A stretch of 64,000 nucleotides of DNA, from the NCBI GenBank assembly GCA_030390025.1, contig CM059431.1:44330001-44394000 (forward strand), read 5' to 3'. Position 1 is the stretch's first letter; each line of letters opens with the position of its first letter. Below the pieces are notes generated by a model. It was not told the origin of the DNA. It saw only the letters and a program-made list of their open reading frames with translations, and searched no databases. The position numbers were made by a program, and so were the translations under genes. This DNA is from Squalus acanthias. Taxonomy: Eukaryota. This document shows, in pieces, positions 24,301 through 37,815 of the stretch.

Positions 24301-25439
24301 CATGCAAACACCCTTAAATGTATTGATACGACGGGATATCATTTATAGAATTTCCATGAATTTCTGTGGAGATTCTCATGATTGTCTGCTGTAACTTTGG
24401 CGGAAGATTCACTGTTTCTATTATAAATGTGGGTATAGGAATTTATATTGGGAAAATTTGACAGGTAATGCGTGAAGGCACAATCTCATTAATATATTAT
24501 ATATTACGATATCTATTTTAAAATTTTTATTCCTCATTAGTTTTAAAGCTGAGAACACACAGTACTGTAACATGTACCAGTTAGAGTTAGATATCTGTGT
24601 CTGAAATTTCTGAGGGGGTCCCCCCCGATCTCCCACTTTAATTTTATACAGCCAGCTGTTTACGCTATTCTGTAGGATTTCCGCTGAAGTTACTAATAAT
24701 ATATATATATATATATTTATATTATGATTTGTTTGAAAAAGACTTTTCAAAAATATTTTTCTTACAGTAAATATGGATTTGCAGTATGCAAATCATGGAT
24801 GTTCTATAACTGTTACCTAAAAGCTAGTTTATGAACATTTGTTGTGCAGCAACATATCTGAATTCTAGCTCAGCAAGGGTGCTTACAGCTCCACCCTGCA
24901 TGCTGCCTGAAATACATTGCGCTAGTAACCATTACCAGCAGCTTAGTTAGCAACTATTACCAGCAACTTAGTTAGCAGTAACACAATTAGTGGTACATAC
25001 CAGCACAAAATGTCCTTTATACAAATGTGTAAAAGTAGAATTAGTATATTTCATCAGTCCCATTACAGAGTAGTTCAGTGGTGCAGATAACTGAATCTTG
25101 AACATGTTATGCCAAACAGGAGCAAGACATGGACCATGCCCACAATCTCCCGAACAGCAAGTTTACAATCACAGCCATGGTATTAAGAGAAGCAAGGAAT
25201 ATTAGAGAACAGTCACACTAGTACATTCTTTTTACCTTATACAGCCTATTACAAACAACCATTGGCAGATGCTGTCACCCCAGATTGCTCCCTTGCACAT
25301 TTTGTTGGTCTGTGTAGAGCAGCATTTGTAAACCTTGAAGACCAGGTTGTTTTCTCTTTTTCAAATGGGTTTAGTAAATTGTCCAAAAACATTCCAACAA
25401 AGGGAAGTTAAAAAAAAACAGCTTTAAAAAATAGACAAT

Positions 25440-26122
25440 GGCCCAAAATTTGCGATCTGTAAAAAATCTACAAATTTACCTGGTGGCCCGGGAGGTATGG
25501 AGACTTGCGATTCTGGGCCTCTCCGGGTACGCATGGGCAGAGGCCCACGTATCCCAGGGGCGCATGCGGTTCGTAGGCGTCCCTGGGATCACATGGGCCG
25601 GCCCAATCAATAAAAGAAGGGGATCCCCATTCATACTGATGAGAGTTCCGTACGGAAACCCCATAAGTATGAATGGGGATCACTTAAAAAATACATGAAC
25701 ACATGAAATAAATTAAAATAAAAAATTACATATTTAAGATTAATTAAAATGCCATTTAATTAAATATATTAAACAAAATTTAATTTTTTGAAATTTTAAA
25801 AATATGTTTTAACAGGGCTAAAAATAAATTTACCTTATTGGACAGGGTTTTTAATGTATAAATGAGTGATAACATTTTATTTTTCTATTTTTTAAAACTC
25901 TTATGCTGGTAAAAGCAGGCCTTACGCCTGCTTTTACCAGGCGTAATAATTTCACGGGCATTCAGCGGGCGGAAGTTGAGCAAATAGCGCAACTCTCCAC
26001 CCGCAGAGGCCCATCTCCTGGGGATACGGAGGATCTGTCAAGAAGATTCTTCACAGATCACAAGTTCCGGGCTTTAGCGTTTGCGCTTCGCACGCACCTG
26101 TAGGGGTCGCAAAATACGGCCC
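25440..26122. mobile_element. Harbinger-type MITE
   Basis: Imperfect TIR GGCCCAAAATTTGCGA / TCGCAAAATACGGCCC; AT-rich core; flanks AAT/ATT; related to the truncated copy at 49220. Confidence 0.7.
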
Positions 26123-27094
26123 ATTATTTTTCTGCAATTTGAATGCTGCTGCACTTTTGAAATTTTAAATGCTCTAAATTGAAAGCACATGGAATAAATA
26201 AATCATTCACTGCACTTCACTCCTGGTCTATTTATTAGACCTTTTTAAATGCACATGTGCCTGCTTCTGGTGCTGGATTGCTACTGAAAACAAAATGTGA
26301 TAGGCACAATAAGCTTGAAAATAATGCACTTCCACAATATTTTGTTGCTTATCTTCATTACTAATGCTTAATTTGTAACATCAAACTTTGGATATAACAA
26401 TGCATCAGAAATGTATTCAAATAGTGTCAAGGCAATACAGAGAGGACAACACGGGGATAATTTTCATGTGAAGCGTACACTAGGCGAGTCATATGCGACT
26501 GCCATTCGAAAATGTTCACGGGGACCTGATCCATTTTTGGTTCAGCGTCCTCATTATAATGTGGTCAGTGAACTGTCAGCGCAAAACGTGCTTCCCAATA
26601 GGCAGCTGGGGGCGGGAAATCAGGCAGGGTGGCTGAATGTGAAGGGCCTGTAGCAGCACCTTGAAGGGAAAGGGTATAAGCATCAGGAATGATAAAAAAT
26701 GGCACTTCAGAGCAGCAGGCAACATTTTGCAGAACCTACAGCTTTGACTTTGGAAGCCTTTAAGGCTGAAAACCCATTTGAATAATACAGCAGGAGTAGG
26801 ACTCCAGAGTCCAAAGATGGATTTTGCATCTCAAAATTCCTTTTATAATGAGTTTCCTCATCGGAAGGCAGGTACCAAGTGATAGCAATACATTTCCCGT
26901 AGTAAGAACAAATAGCAAGTCAGCTACAAACAAGCAAGATGCTTCTCAGGGTGAGGGAGACATATCTCCAAATAGCTTATGACACAACTGGATTTCAGAA
27001 GGTCATCTGCCTTTCTGTTCAGTGAAAAATGATACTAGCCACAGGAAAAGAAAGGGAAAAAAGAAAGAAAAGCTCAATTTTTTTTGGCACCTAC

Positions 27095-27240
27095 CTATTT
27101 TCAATGTCCTTTGAGCTCCAGGCTTCTTGCTGTAGCAGATTCTCTGCAGCTCACATTTTCCTGTTATTTTTCTCAGGGCAAATTTGAGAAAACGCCACAG
27201 ACATTTGCAGTACAAGTACAGACACAGTTGGACCAACATC
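27095..27240 (-). CDS. ELMOD1: ELMOD1 coding exon MLVQLCLYLYCKCLWRFLKFALRKITGKCELQRICYSKKPGAQRTLKI
   Basis: 146 bp, ttcag|...|gtagg; matches the ELMOD1 N-terminus (MLIQVCLYFYCKFLWR..GRCELQRICY). Confidence 0.96.
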
Positions 27241-27578
27241 CTGAAGTCAAATAATAAAAATAAGTTAAAAGCATGACCACTTCCAGACAAGAAATACTTC
27301 CATTCCATAAATACAAAATGCATCAACAGCCTAAGATTTAAGAACTTGGGTGTTAACCCATGTTGAAGTCTTGTTTGTTTTTTATTTTACAAATAATACC
27401 TATTATTAAATATTTAAAAGTTGCTTTTCACAATTTATTTCAGATTCCTTTTCCCAGCAACCTGGGAGTGCTCTGGTGTGATGTCTCAGAGCTTTACAGA
27501 ATCCTCTCAGTCAATCCGCTGCTCTCCCCCTCTATGTAGCATTATTAGCAGCTGACATGGCAGGGAGTCCACCATAGC

Positions 27579-27847
27579 TAGGGTTGCCAATTCTGGTTCG
27601 ACGTATTCCTGAAGGTTTCATCACATGATCTCCCACCTCCAACCGCCCTGCCAGTCATACAGTCTTTTTTTCCCCATCTCCAGTACTTTTATAATAAACA
27701 GAGGTATTTAAAGAAAATGAAAAAATACTCACACAATTTTAATAATGCCACTGTGGTTTTTCTCCTGGATTGCTCTCAGCAGTGTCCAGGAGATTAATCT
27801 TTAATTCCTGGAGATTCCAGGACAATCCTGGAGGATTGACAATTCTA
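27579..27847. mobile_element. hAT-like MITE
   Basis: Degenerate TIR TAGGGTTGCCAA / TTGACAATTCTA; partially matching 8-bp flanks. Confidence 0.5.
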
Positions 27848-28069
27848 GCCACAACTGTGAACTCACTTTTCCACAGTTCAAAACATGAGTCAAGCAATAC
27901 TTTTCCAGCAGACTTTAGTGCAAGATTAAGCATTAGCCAAGAGCCCATGTTCATTCAATTTAATGGAATTATTGCCAATACATTTAACGCCTTCCCCATC
28001 ACCCAAGCTTCTGCTAAACTTTTCTCTTTAAATGGTCACTTTTTTTAAAAAGGTGTCTTATTTAGTTAT

Positions 28070-28245
28070 CATAGAATCATAGTCTGATACTGCACAGAAG
28101 GAGGCCATTCGGCCCATCGCGTTATGCCAGCACTTTTAAAGAGCTATCCAATTAGTCCCATTCCCCTGCTCTTTCCCCATAGCCCTGCAAATATTTTCCC
28201 TTGAAGTATTTATCCAATTCCCTTTTGAAAATTACTAGTGAATCT
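28070..28245 (-). mobile_element. CR1 3' tail fragment
   Basis: Similar to the CR1 3' UTR at 5900-6075. Confidence 0.75.
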
Positions 28246-28704
28246 GTCAACAGAATCCCTGATCTTGCTCCTTTATTCCTACCAGTCTCCCTACCTCTTG
28301 TGTTTTATCTTTCCTTAATTTCTCTTGTAATCCTTCCCCTCCCCATCCCATGGATGGTTACCTTTTTTTCTTCCCAGATCACAAATGACTTAAAACTAAG
28401 AGGGAAAGCTCATGACTGGTTCTCAGGCCACTACCTATGCTACTCAAAGCAACACCGACATCCCAGGAACAAATTTAAAAAAAAATTAAATCTGCTTGGT
28501 GGTGAAGTGGCATGCCACTGCCTTTAAAACAAAAGGCTTCCTGGAAATCAAATCAAAGCCAGGAGAGGAGAAAAGGAAATATATAGTTGCTGGTGGTCCA
28601 GGTATGAAAATCAAAATCTCAGCACTACTTCCATTTCACAAAGGTAACCTTAAGAACCACCACGTGATGAACCATGGTCTTAAAATTTAAGCATTGGAAA
28701 TTTA

Positions 28705-29072
28705 CATAGAATATGAAGGGTTTTGATAGAGTAAATAAGGAAAAATTGTTTCCACTGGCAGGAGGGTAGGTAACCAGAGGACACAGATTTAAGGTAATTG
28801 GCAAAAGAACCAGAGGAGAGTTGAAGAGAACTTTTTTTAAACGCAGCGAGTTGTTGTGATCTGGAATGCACTGTCTAAAAGGGTGGTGGAAGCAGATTCA
28901 ATAGTAACTATCAAAAAGAAATTGGATAAATACTTGAAGAGGAAAAAGCATGGGGAAATAGCAGGGCTATGGGGAAAGAGCAGGAGAGTGGGATTAATTG
29001 GATAGCTGTCTTCAAGAGCTGGAACAGGCATAATGGACTGAATGGCCTCCTTCTGTTCTCTATGATTTTATG
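28705..29072 (+). mobile_element. CR1 3' end
   Basis: MKGFDRVNKEKLFPLA..RVVVIWNAL motifs plus 3' tail. Confidence 0.85.
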
Positions 29073-30189
29073 AATCTGCAGCACAGAAACAGGCCATTCA
29101 GCCCAACTGGTCTGAGCAGGTGTTTATGCTCCACACAAACTTCCTCCCACTCTAATTACCTCTTCCCAATCTTACCCCATATCCTTCTATTTCCTTCTCT
29201 TTCATGTAAGCATCAGGGCTGACCTGAAATGCATCAACACTATTTGCTTAAACCATTCCATGTGGCAGCTAGTTCCACATTTTTACCACTCTCTGTGGAA
29301 AGAAATTCCTCCTAAATTCTCTATTTGTTTTCATAGTGTTTATCTTACATTTATGCCCCCTTGATCTGGACTCATCCACAAATGGAAACAGTCTCTCCAC
29401 ACCCACCCTATTGAACCCCTTCATTATTTTAAAGACCTGTCACGTCTCCTCTTCATCTCTCTTTTCCAAGGAAAGAGCTCAATCTTTCCTGACAGTTGTA
29501 TCTGCTATCAATTCTGGTAACATTAGTTTTTTTGCACTTGATTTAGTGTTTCAATATCTTTTATTGTAGTATGGAGACCAGAACTGTGTACAGTACTCCA
29601 AGTGTGGTCTACTAAACTTCTAAATAAATTTATTACCTCCCTGCTTTTGTATTCTATTCCTCTAGAAATGAGCCCCAGTACTGTGCACTCTTTGTAGCGT
29701 TATTGACCTGTGTTGCTAATTTTAGTGGTTGATGTATCCTCTACGCCAATTATTTTCTTACCGATCAAGGAATAAGTAACCTCCTTATTCCTCCTACCAA
29801 AATGAACTACCTCACACTTCCCTATGTGGAATTTTATTTGCCATTTATCCACCCACTCTGCAAGCCTGTTTATGTCTTATTGTAATTGCTGCAATCCTCC
29901 ACAATATTAGCTACACCGCCTAATTTGGTATCATCTGAAAATGTTGACACCATGGGGTTTAAATTGGATAATCCCTGAAAACGGGTGTGGGGATCGCGGT
30001 ATATGATTATGTGTTCATTGTGTTGCTGCTTTATGTGATTGCTGCATGCAGCCAGCGCTACCCGTGTTGCTCATTGGCTGCACAGATCAGCAGGGGGTCC
30101 AATATCGCGAGTGGCTAGCGCTACTTAAAGGCAGCCTGAACCTCTTAAAGGGGAGGTGCACTTTGACTGGAAGAAGTGGTGGGAGTTGT

Positions 30190-30972
30190 TACAACAACAA
30201 CAACAACTTGCATTTATATAGTGCCTTTAATGTAGTAAAATGTCCCAAGTCGCTTCGCTGGAGCGTTATCAAACAAAATTTGACACCAAACCACATAAGG
30301 AGATATTGGGGCAGATGACCAAAGGCTTGGTCAAAGAGGTACCATCTACAAGATGCACGGCAGCAACTCGCCAAGGCTTCTTCAGCAGCACCTCCCAAAC
30401 CCACGACCTCTTCCACCTAGAAGGACAAGGGCAGCAGGTGCATGGGAACACCATCACCTTCAAGTTCCCCTCCAAATCACACACCATCCTGACTTAGAAG
30501 TATATCGCCGATCCTTCATCGTCGCTGGGTCAAAATCCTGGAACTCCCTACTTAACAGCACTTCACCACATGGACTGCAGCGGTTCAAGAAGGCAGCTCA
30601 CCACCACCTTCTCAAGGGCATTTAGGGATGGGCAATAAAGGCTGGCCTTGCCAGCGACGCCCACATCCCATAAATGAATTTAAAAAAGGTTTTAAGGAAC
30701 GTCTCAAAGGAGGAAAGAGAGGCAGAGAGGTTTAGGGAGGGAATTCCAGAGATTAGCACCTAGGCAGCTGAAGGCACGGCCGCCAATGGTGGAGCAATTA
30801 GAATCAGAGATGCGCAAGAGGCCAGAATTGGAGAAGCGCAGATATCTTGGAGGGTTGTAGGGCTGGAGGAGATTATAGAGATAGCGAGGGGGGAGGCCAT
30901 GGAGGGATTTGAAAACAAGGATGAACATTTTAAAATCGAAGCGTTGCTCAACTGGGAGCCAATATAGGTCAG
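30190..30972 (-). mobile_element. L2 LINE 3' end, interrupted at ~30340-30685 by the 3' end of the second LINE family
   Basis: FKMFILVFKSLHGLPPRYL..IGGRAFSC..LWNSLP; (TTG)n tail at ~30190-30210. Confidence 0.8.
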
Positions 30973-30989
30973 TGTGCTCCTCCTCCTCA

Positions 30990-31990
30990 GCTTCTCACCT
31001 GATAGGTGGAGGCAAGGGCTAATCCCTCATAATGGCCAGGTTGTGCAGCATACTACTACATATCTTGATACCCACTCAGCTGAGTACTGTAGGGCTCCTC
31101 CAGAGCGGTCCAGGCAGTGGAAGCATTGCTTGAGGACGCCAAAGTTGTGCTGTATAATGTTCCTTGTGGCAGCATGGCTCTCATTGTAGGCCTGCTGTGC
31201 ACATGTGCATGGGTTCTGGACCGGAATCATGAGCCATGCCATGAGTGGATAATCCTTGTCGCCCAGTAGCCAGCCTTTGACTTGCTGTAGTGTGTCAAAT
31301 ACAGGTAGAACAGAGGACTGCCGCAGAATGAAGGAATCATGACTGCTGTCATGATGCACTGCTTGTGGTCACACACCAGCTGCATATTGAGGGAGTGAAA
31401 TCCCTTTCAGTTCATGAAAATGGCCGAGTTCACATGAGGCACATGCAAGGCAATGTGTGTGCAGTCAATGACACCCTGCACCGTGGGAAAGCCTGCAATC
31501 CATGCAAAACTTCATGCTTGCTCCACCTGCTTGTCTGTGGCAAGACTGTATGAGATGAAAGTGTTTCTCTGTGTACAGAGAGCCTCAGTGACCTCCCTTA
31601 TATAGCAGTGCACTGCAAGATTTTGTTTACATCTCCAGCAGCAGCCTGGAAGGAGTCAGACACATAAAAGTTAAGAGCCACGGTCACCTTGACAGCCACA
31701 GGCAATACTGTCCTTGTCCTGTTTTGAGGTTGCAGATGTGGCTGCAGTAGTTGGCAGATTTCAGTCACGACTTCTTTGTGAAGCGAAGACATCTCATGCG
31801 TTGGTCCTCGTTGAAGTTGAGGTAAGAGACTTTCTCCCTGATGACCCTTGACAGATATAGCTAAGAGCTCTTCTCCAACTCCTCCCTCTTCTAGCAGATT
31901 GTCTTGCTCTGCGTGTCCTCTCTTCATTCTCCCAGTCATGTTCAATTCCCAGAGGAAGGCCTACCCGGCCACTCATGTTTTTCAGCACAA
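30990..31990 (-). pseudogene. Harbinger transposase (HARBI1-like), frameshifted
   Basis: LPVAVKVTVALNFY..FQAAAGD, HDSFILRQS..GWLLGDKDYPL..YNESHAATRNII..FGVLKQCFHCLDRSGGALQY. Confidence 0.9.
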
Positions 31991-33318
31991 GATTTTAAAT
32001 GGCGCAAAAAACGACTTCAAGATCAGCCAGACCACTAACTCCCTGTAGACTATTCAAACTTTAGCCAAGTGTAAGGAAGCTCCAAAAACATGTACAATTA
32101 CACTAGCAGCCAGAATAAATAATCCAGCAACTAACCTGTAAGTAGTTTATGATCCTTTAAATAGCACTGGTGGGGGGGGGGGGGGCCTTCATTCCATTTA
32201 ACATCGTGTTCAGCTGTGTGAGCTTAAGTATGTTGGCTGGAGTGTGGAGTTCGAAAATGGCAGCGCTGGTGTCCAATCACCGTTGCACACTGATTCATGT
32301 TATCATCTCACTGCTCTGCAGGCTGCCGGTGGTCGTTAGGTGGTACGCGCAAACCCCTTTACCAAGATGGCGTCCTGTGCACTTCCCGTTGGAACTGTGA
32401 ACGTGCATCTCGGACCCCATTCTCGATCCTTATGTGGCCGTGTTGTGCCTAAACGGCCCAATTTAGCCCCCCCATATCTCCAATTTCTGTGTCTAAATCA
32501 TTATGTATATGGTGACAACTGTGGTCCTGGCACAGATCCCTGCAGGACACCACTTCCAATTTTTGCCAGTTCAAGAAACATCGCTTCACTGCTACCCTCC
32601 AAATTGTAGCCATCTTTCAATCCATCCTGCTACCTGGCCCCTAACTCCACACGCCCTGACCTTTGTCTTGAGTCTCTTATGTGGCACCTTAAGGAATACC
32701 TTCTGAAAGTTCATGTATATCAGATACAATTTCTTACCTTACAAAGCCTAACCCAAAACCACATCCTTACATAGGAGTAACTTAAGTCTTCAGTGTTGCA
32801 GTCCTGATAAAATCAAGAGTTGGAATACAATTTCATTAAAAATTATCAAGGGATCAATTCAAGTGAAGTAATGCTATAGACTTCAGTTCTTCAATTATAG
32901 CACAGAACAATGTACTATTTAAGAAATTCCTTGGTCTCTAGGTCAAATGTGTAATGAAAAAATACAAGCAAGTGATCTGCTTAAGGGGTTTGAAACATCG
33001 AATTATCTCTTTTGGTTCATATTCCATATTGATAGTAGGACAAAACTAGGATAGAGAAGTTTTGTTTTGGAATATTAAGCAGCACCAACATTATCATCAA
33101 GAACAGAGATATTTTATATAGTACCTTTAATATAAGGAAATGCCCCAAAGCACATGACAAATATGCATAAGGAAAACAGACAATAGTCGTTGCTCTGTCA
33201 AAATACTAACATAATAATCAAGTATTATACCCAACTAGATCAAAAACAATCTGATGATTTCATTGGCCCGTAATTTGCGGTCAGTAAAGGCGTTCGCCGC
33301 TGGCCCCAAAGTAAGCTT

Positions 33319-36012
33319 GGTAAGTAATGTCCCAGACTCCTCCATCACCATCCCTGGGTATGTCCTGTCCCACCGGTAGGACAGACCCACCAGGGGTGGC
33401 GGCACAGTGGTATACAGTCGGGAGGGAGTGGCCCTGGGAGTCCTCAGCATTGACTCCGGACCCCATGAAGTCTCATGGCTTCAGGTCAGGCATGGGCAAG
33501 GAAACCTCCTGCTGATTACCACCTACCGCCCTCCCTCAGCTGATGAATCAGTACTCCTCCATGTTGAACACCACGTGGAAGAAGCATTGAGAGTAGCAAG
33601 GGCACAGAATGTACTCTAGGTGGGGGACTTCAATGTTCATCACCAAGAGTGGCTCGGTAGCACCACTGTTGGCAAAGCTGGCCGAGTCCTGAAGGACATA
33701 GCTGCCAGTCTGGGCCTGCAACAAGTGCTGAGAGAACCAACATGAGGGAAAAACCTACTGGACCTCGTCCTCACCAATCTACCTGTCGCAGATACATCTG
33801 TCCATGACAGCATTGGTAGCAGTGACCACCGCACAGTCATTGTGGAGACAAAGTCCCGTCTTCACACTGAGTACACCCTCCATCGTGTTGTGTGGCATTA
33901 CCACCGTGCTAAATGGGATAGATTCAGAACAGATCTAGCAGCTTAAAACTGGGCATCCATGAGGCACAGTGGGCCATCAGCAGCAGCAGAATTGTATTCC
34001 ACCACAATCTGTAACCTCATGGCCTCATGGCATATCCCTCACTCTACCCGATTACCATCAAGCCAACCCTGGTTCAATAAGGAGTGTAGAAGAGCATGCC
34101 AGGAGTAGCACCAGGCATACCTAAAAATGCAGTGCCAACCTGGGGAATCTGTAATACATTCCTACAAGAGCTAAGTGATCCCACAATCAACGGATCAGAT
34201 CAAAGCTCTGCAGTCCTGCCACATCCAGTCGTGAATGGTGGTGGACCATTAAACAACTAACGGGAGGGGGAGGCTCCATTAATATCCCCATCCTCAATGA
34301 TGGTGGAGCTCAGCACGTGAGTGCAAAGTCAAAGCTGAAGCATTTGCAACCATCTTCAGCCAGAAATGCCGAGTGGATGATCCATATCGGCCTCCTCCTG
34401 AGGTCCCCACCATCACAGAAGCCAGTCTTCAGCCAATTCGATTCACTCCACGTGATATCAAGAAACAGATGAGCGCACTGGATACAGCAAAGGATGTTGT
34501 GCTGAAGACTTGTGCTCCAGAACTAGCCGCGCCTCTAGCCAAGCTGTTGCAGTACAGCTATAACACTGGCATTTATCTGACAATGTGGAAAACTGCCCAG
34601 GTATGTCCTGTCCACAAAAAGCAGGACAAATCCAATCCGGCCAATTCCCGCCCCATCAGTCTACTCTCAATCATCAGCAAACTGATGGAAGGTGTCGTCA
34701 ACAGTGATATCAAGCAGCACTTACTCACCAATAACCTGCTCACTGATGCCCAGTTTGGATTCCGCCAGGACCACTCGGCTCCAGACCTCATTACAGCCTT
34801 GGTCCAAACATGGACAAAAGAGCTGAATTCCAGAGGTGAGGCGAGAGTGACTACCCTTGACATCAAGTCAGCATTTGACCGAGTGTGGCATCAAGGAGCC
34901 CTAGTAAAACTGAAGTCAATGGGAATCGGGGGGAAAACTCTCCACTGGCTGGAGTCATACCTAGCGCAAAGGAAGATGGTTGTGGTTGTTGGAGGTCAAT
35001 CATCACAGCCCCAGGACATCACTGCACGAGTTCCTCAGGGCAGTGTCCTAGGCCCAACCATCTTCAGCTGCTTCATCAATGACCTTCCCTCCATCATAAG
35101 GTCAGAAGTGTGGATGTTCGCTGATGATTGCACAGTGTTCAGTGCCATTTGCAACTCCTCAGATAATGAAGCAGTCCATGCCCGCATGCAGCAAGACCTG
35201 GACGATATTCAGGCTTGGTGATATTCAATGGCAGGTAACATTCGCGCCACACAAGTGCCAGGCAATGACTATCTCCAACAAGCGAGCGTCTAACCACCGC
35301 CCCTTGACATTCAACGGCATTAACATCACCGAATCCCCCACCTTCAACATCCTGGGGGTCACCACTGACCAGAAACTTAACTGGACCAGTCACATAAATA
35401 CTGTGGCAACAAGAGCAGGTCAGAAGCTAGGAAATCATGCGGCGAGTGTCTCACCTCCTGACTACCCAAATTCTTTCCACCATCTACAAGGCACAAGTTA
35501 GGAGTGTGATGGAATACTCTCCACTTGCCTGCATGAGTGCAGCTCCAACAACACTCAAGAAGCTCGACACCATCCAGGACAAAGCAGCCCGCTTGATTGG
35601 CACCCCTTAAACATTCACTCCCTCCACCACCGGCGTACCGTGGCTGCCGTGTGTACCATCTAGAAGATGCACTGCAGCAACTCGCCAAGGCTTCTTCAAC
35701 AGCACCTCCCAAATCCACGACTTCTACCACCTAGAAGGACATGGGCAGCAGGCGCATGGGAACACCACCACCTCCAAGTTCCCCTCCAAGTCACACACCA
35801 TTCTGACTTGGAAGTATATCACCATTCCTTCATTGTCGCTGGGTCAAAATCCTGGAACTCCCTCACTAACAGCACTGTGGGAGTACCTTCACCACATGGA
35901 CTGCAGCGGTTCTAGAAGGCAGCTCAGCACCACCTTCTCAAGGGCAACTAGGGATGGGCAATAAATGCTGGCCTTGCCAGCGATGCCCATATCCCATGAA
36001 CGAATTTAAAAA
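33319..36012 (+). mobile_element. Non-LTR retrotransposon (APE + RT, CR1/L2/Jockey superclade, distinct from the local CR1), decayed
   Basis: Endonuclease motifs YRPPS, GDFN, LDL, SDH; RT motifs RPISLLS, QFGFR, DIKSAFDRVWH, PQGSVLGP, FADD; A-rich tail; AAGCTT TSD. Confidence 0.9.
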
Positions 36013-36314
36013 AAGCTTCCCACACGATCTCTGTGTCGAAAGGTTCGGCTTTTCCGACGCGCAATTGAAATCAACGCAAGTTAACGGGGAATCCCTAACG
36101 CGAGCTGCTGTGACGTCAACAAGCTGTCTAAGCAGCCAATCACAATGCAGAATTCCCACAGACAGCGAACCAGGAAGTGGGTAAGCTCCTTTGATTTAGC
36201 ACTCCACTTCCTTCTTGGAGCGCAAACAGCGAATTTTTCAAAAGTTTGAAATCGTTAACACCTGGAGCGAAATTTTCAAACTTTTAAATGTTTGCGCCCC
36301 AAATGGGAGAAAAA

Positions 36315-37815
36315 AGTTCTCCTCAACTCCCCTCGAATCCTTCTACCAATCACTTTAAATCTATGCCTTCTGGTTATTGACCTCTCTGCTCGGCGAAATA
36401 CGTCCTTCCTATCCACTCTATCTAGGCCCTCATAATTTTATACATCTCAATCAAGTCTCCCCTCTCTAGTGCAATCACACATTTCCTGTAATGTGGTGAC
36501 CAGAACTGTACGCAGTACTCTAGCTGTGGCCTAACTAGTGTTTTGTACAGTTCACGCATAACCTCCCTTCTCTTATATCCTATGCATCAGCTAATAAATG
36601 AAAATATCCCGCATGCCTTCTTAACCACCTTATCTACCTGTCCTGCTACCTTCAGGGATCTGTGGACATGCACTCCAAGGTCCCTCTGTTCCTCTACACT
36701 TCTCAGTATCCTACCATTTATTGTGTATTCCCTTGACTTGATTGCCCTCCTCAAATGCATTACCTCACACTTCTCCAGATTGAATTCCATTTGCCACTTT
36801 TCTGCCCACCTGAACAATCCATTGATATCTTCCTGCAGCCTATAGCTTTCTTCCTCATTGTCAACCACACAGCTAATTTTTGTATCATATGTAAACTTCT
36901 TAATCATGCCCCCTACATTAAAGTCCAAATCATTGATATATACCACAAAAAGCAAGGGATCGAGTACTGAGCCCTGCGGAACCCCACTGGAAACACCCGT
37001 CGCCCATTAGCCTTTGCTTCCTGCCACTGAGCCAATTTTGGATCCAACTTGCCACTTTCCCTTGGATTCCATGGGCTTTTACTTTTCTGACCAATCTGCC
37101 ATGTGAGACCTTGTCAAAAGTCTTGCTAAAATCCATATAGACTACATCAAACGCACTACCCTCATCGATCCTTCTTGTCACCTCCTCAAAAAATTCAATC
37201 AAGTTAGTCAGACATGACCTTCCCTTAACGAATCCATGCTGACTATCCTTGATTAATCCATGCCTTTCTAAATGAGGATCAGAATTTTTTCCAATAATTT
37301 GCCCACCACCAAGGTTAGGCTGACTGGCCTGTAATTAATTAATCTATCCCTTTCTCCCTTTTTAAACAACGGTACAACGTTAGCAATCCTCCAGTCCTCT
37401 GGCACCACATCTGTGAGGTCGCACAACACCAGGTTATAGTCCAACAGTTTTATTTGAAATCACAAGCTTTCGGAGCTATCGATTGCTCCTTCCTCAGGTG
37501 AAGTAAATTAGATACAGAATCGCCAAAGCATATATAGATAGAAAACAAAGCATGTGTACTTTACAATTGCAGACCAATAAATTAAATCATCCTCACTATC
37601 TGCCGAGGTGTGATAAAGTTAATTAAGTCAGCCAGGAAGGTACCACATCAAAGACATAGCAAGATACAACTGAGACAATGAGGTGTAGTCGCAGGGGTTC
37701 TAACGTGTCAAAAGCTGCCGTCTGTATGTAAAACGCATCATGACCACATCTGTGGCCAGAGGATTGGAAAATGGTGGCCAGAGCCTCAGCTATTTCCTCC
37801 CTTGCTTCTCTTAAC
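36315..37815 (-). mobile_element. CR1 LINE fragment
   Basis: ORFs 36930-37202 and 36587-36955 carry RT motifs. Confidence 0.9.
37416..37742 (-). mobile_element. 5'-truncated Penelope-like terminal fragment with hammerhead motif (~37460-37501)
   Basis: 12-bp TSD ACCACATCTGTG at 37404-37415 and 37743-37754; reverse complement reads CTGAGGA-A-GGAGC(AATCGATA)GCTCC-GAAA-GCTT-GTGA. Confidence 0.75.

Larger units (their letters stand above)
29954..32472. mobile_element. Harbinger element retaining transposase remnant, Myb gene lost
   Basis: TIR GGGGTTTAAATTGG / CCAATTTAGCCCCCC with CAT TSD. Confidence 0.85.
29078..32720 (-). mobile_element. Old CR1 (29078-29953 and 32473-32720) interrupted by a Harbinger element
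   Basis: RT motifs (SDDTKL before the break; DLDTEI and QGSVPGP after it) are continuous across the insertion. Confidence 0.8.

Noticed and set aside
3690-31990. Domesticated NAIF1/MSANTD or HARBI1 host genes
   Set aside because: All copies have stops or frameshifts and most lie inside TIR/TSD-bounded elements, so they are transposon remnants.
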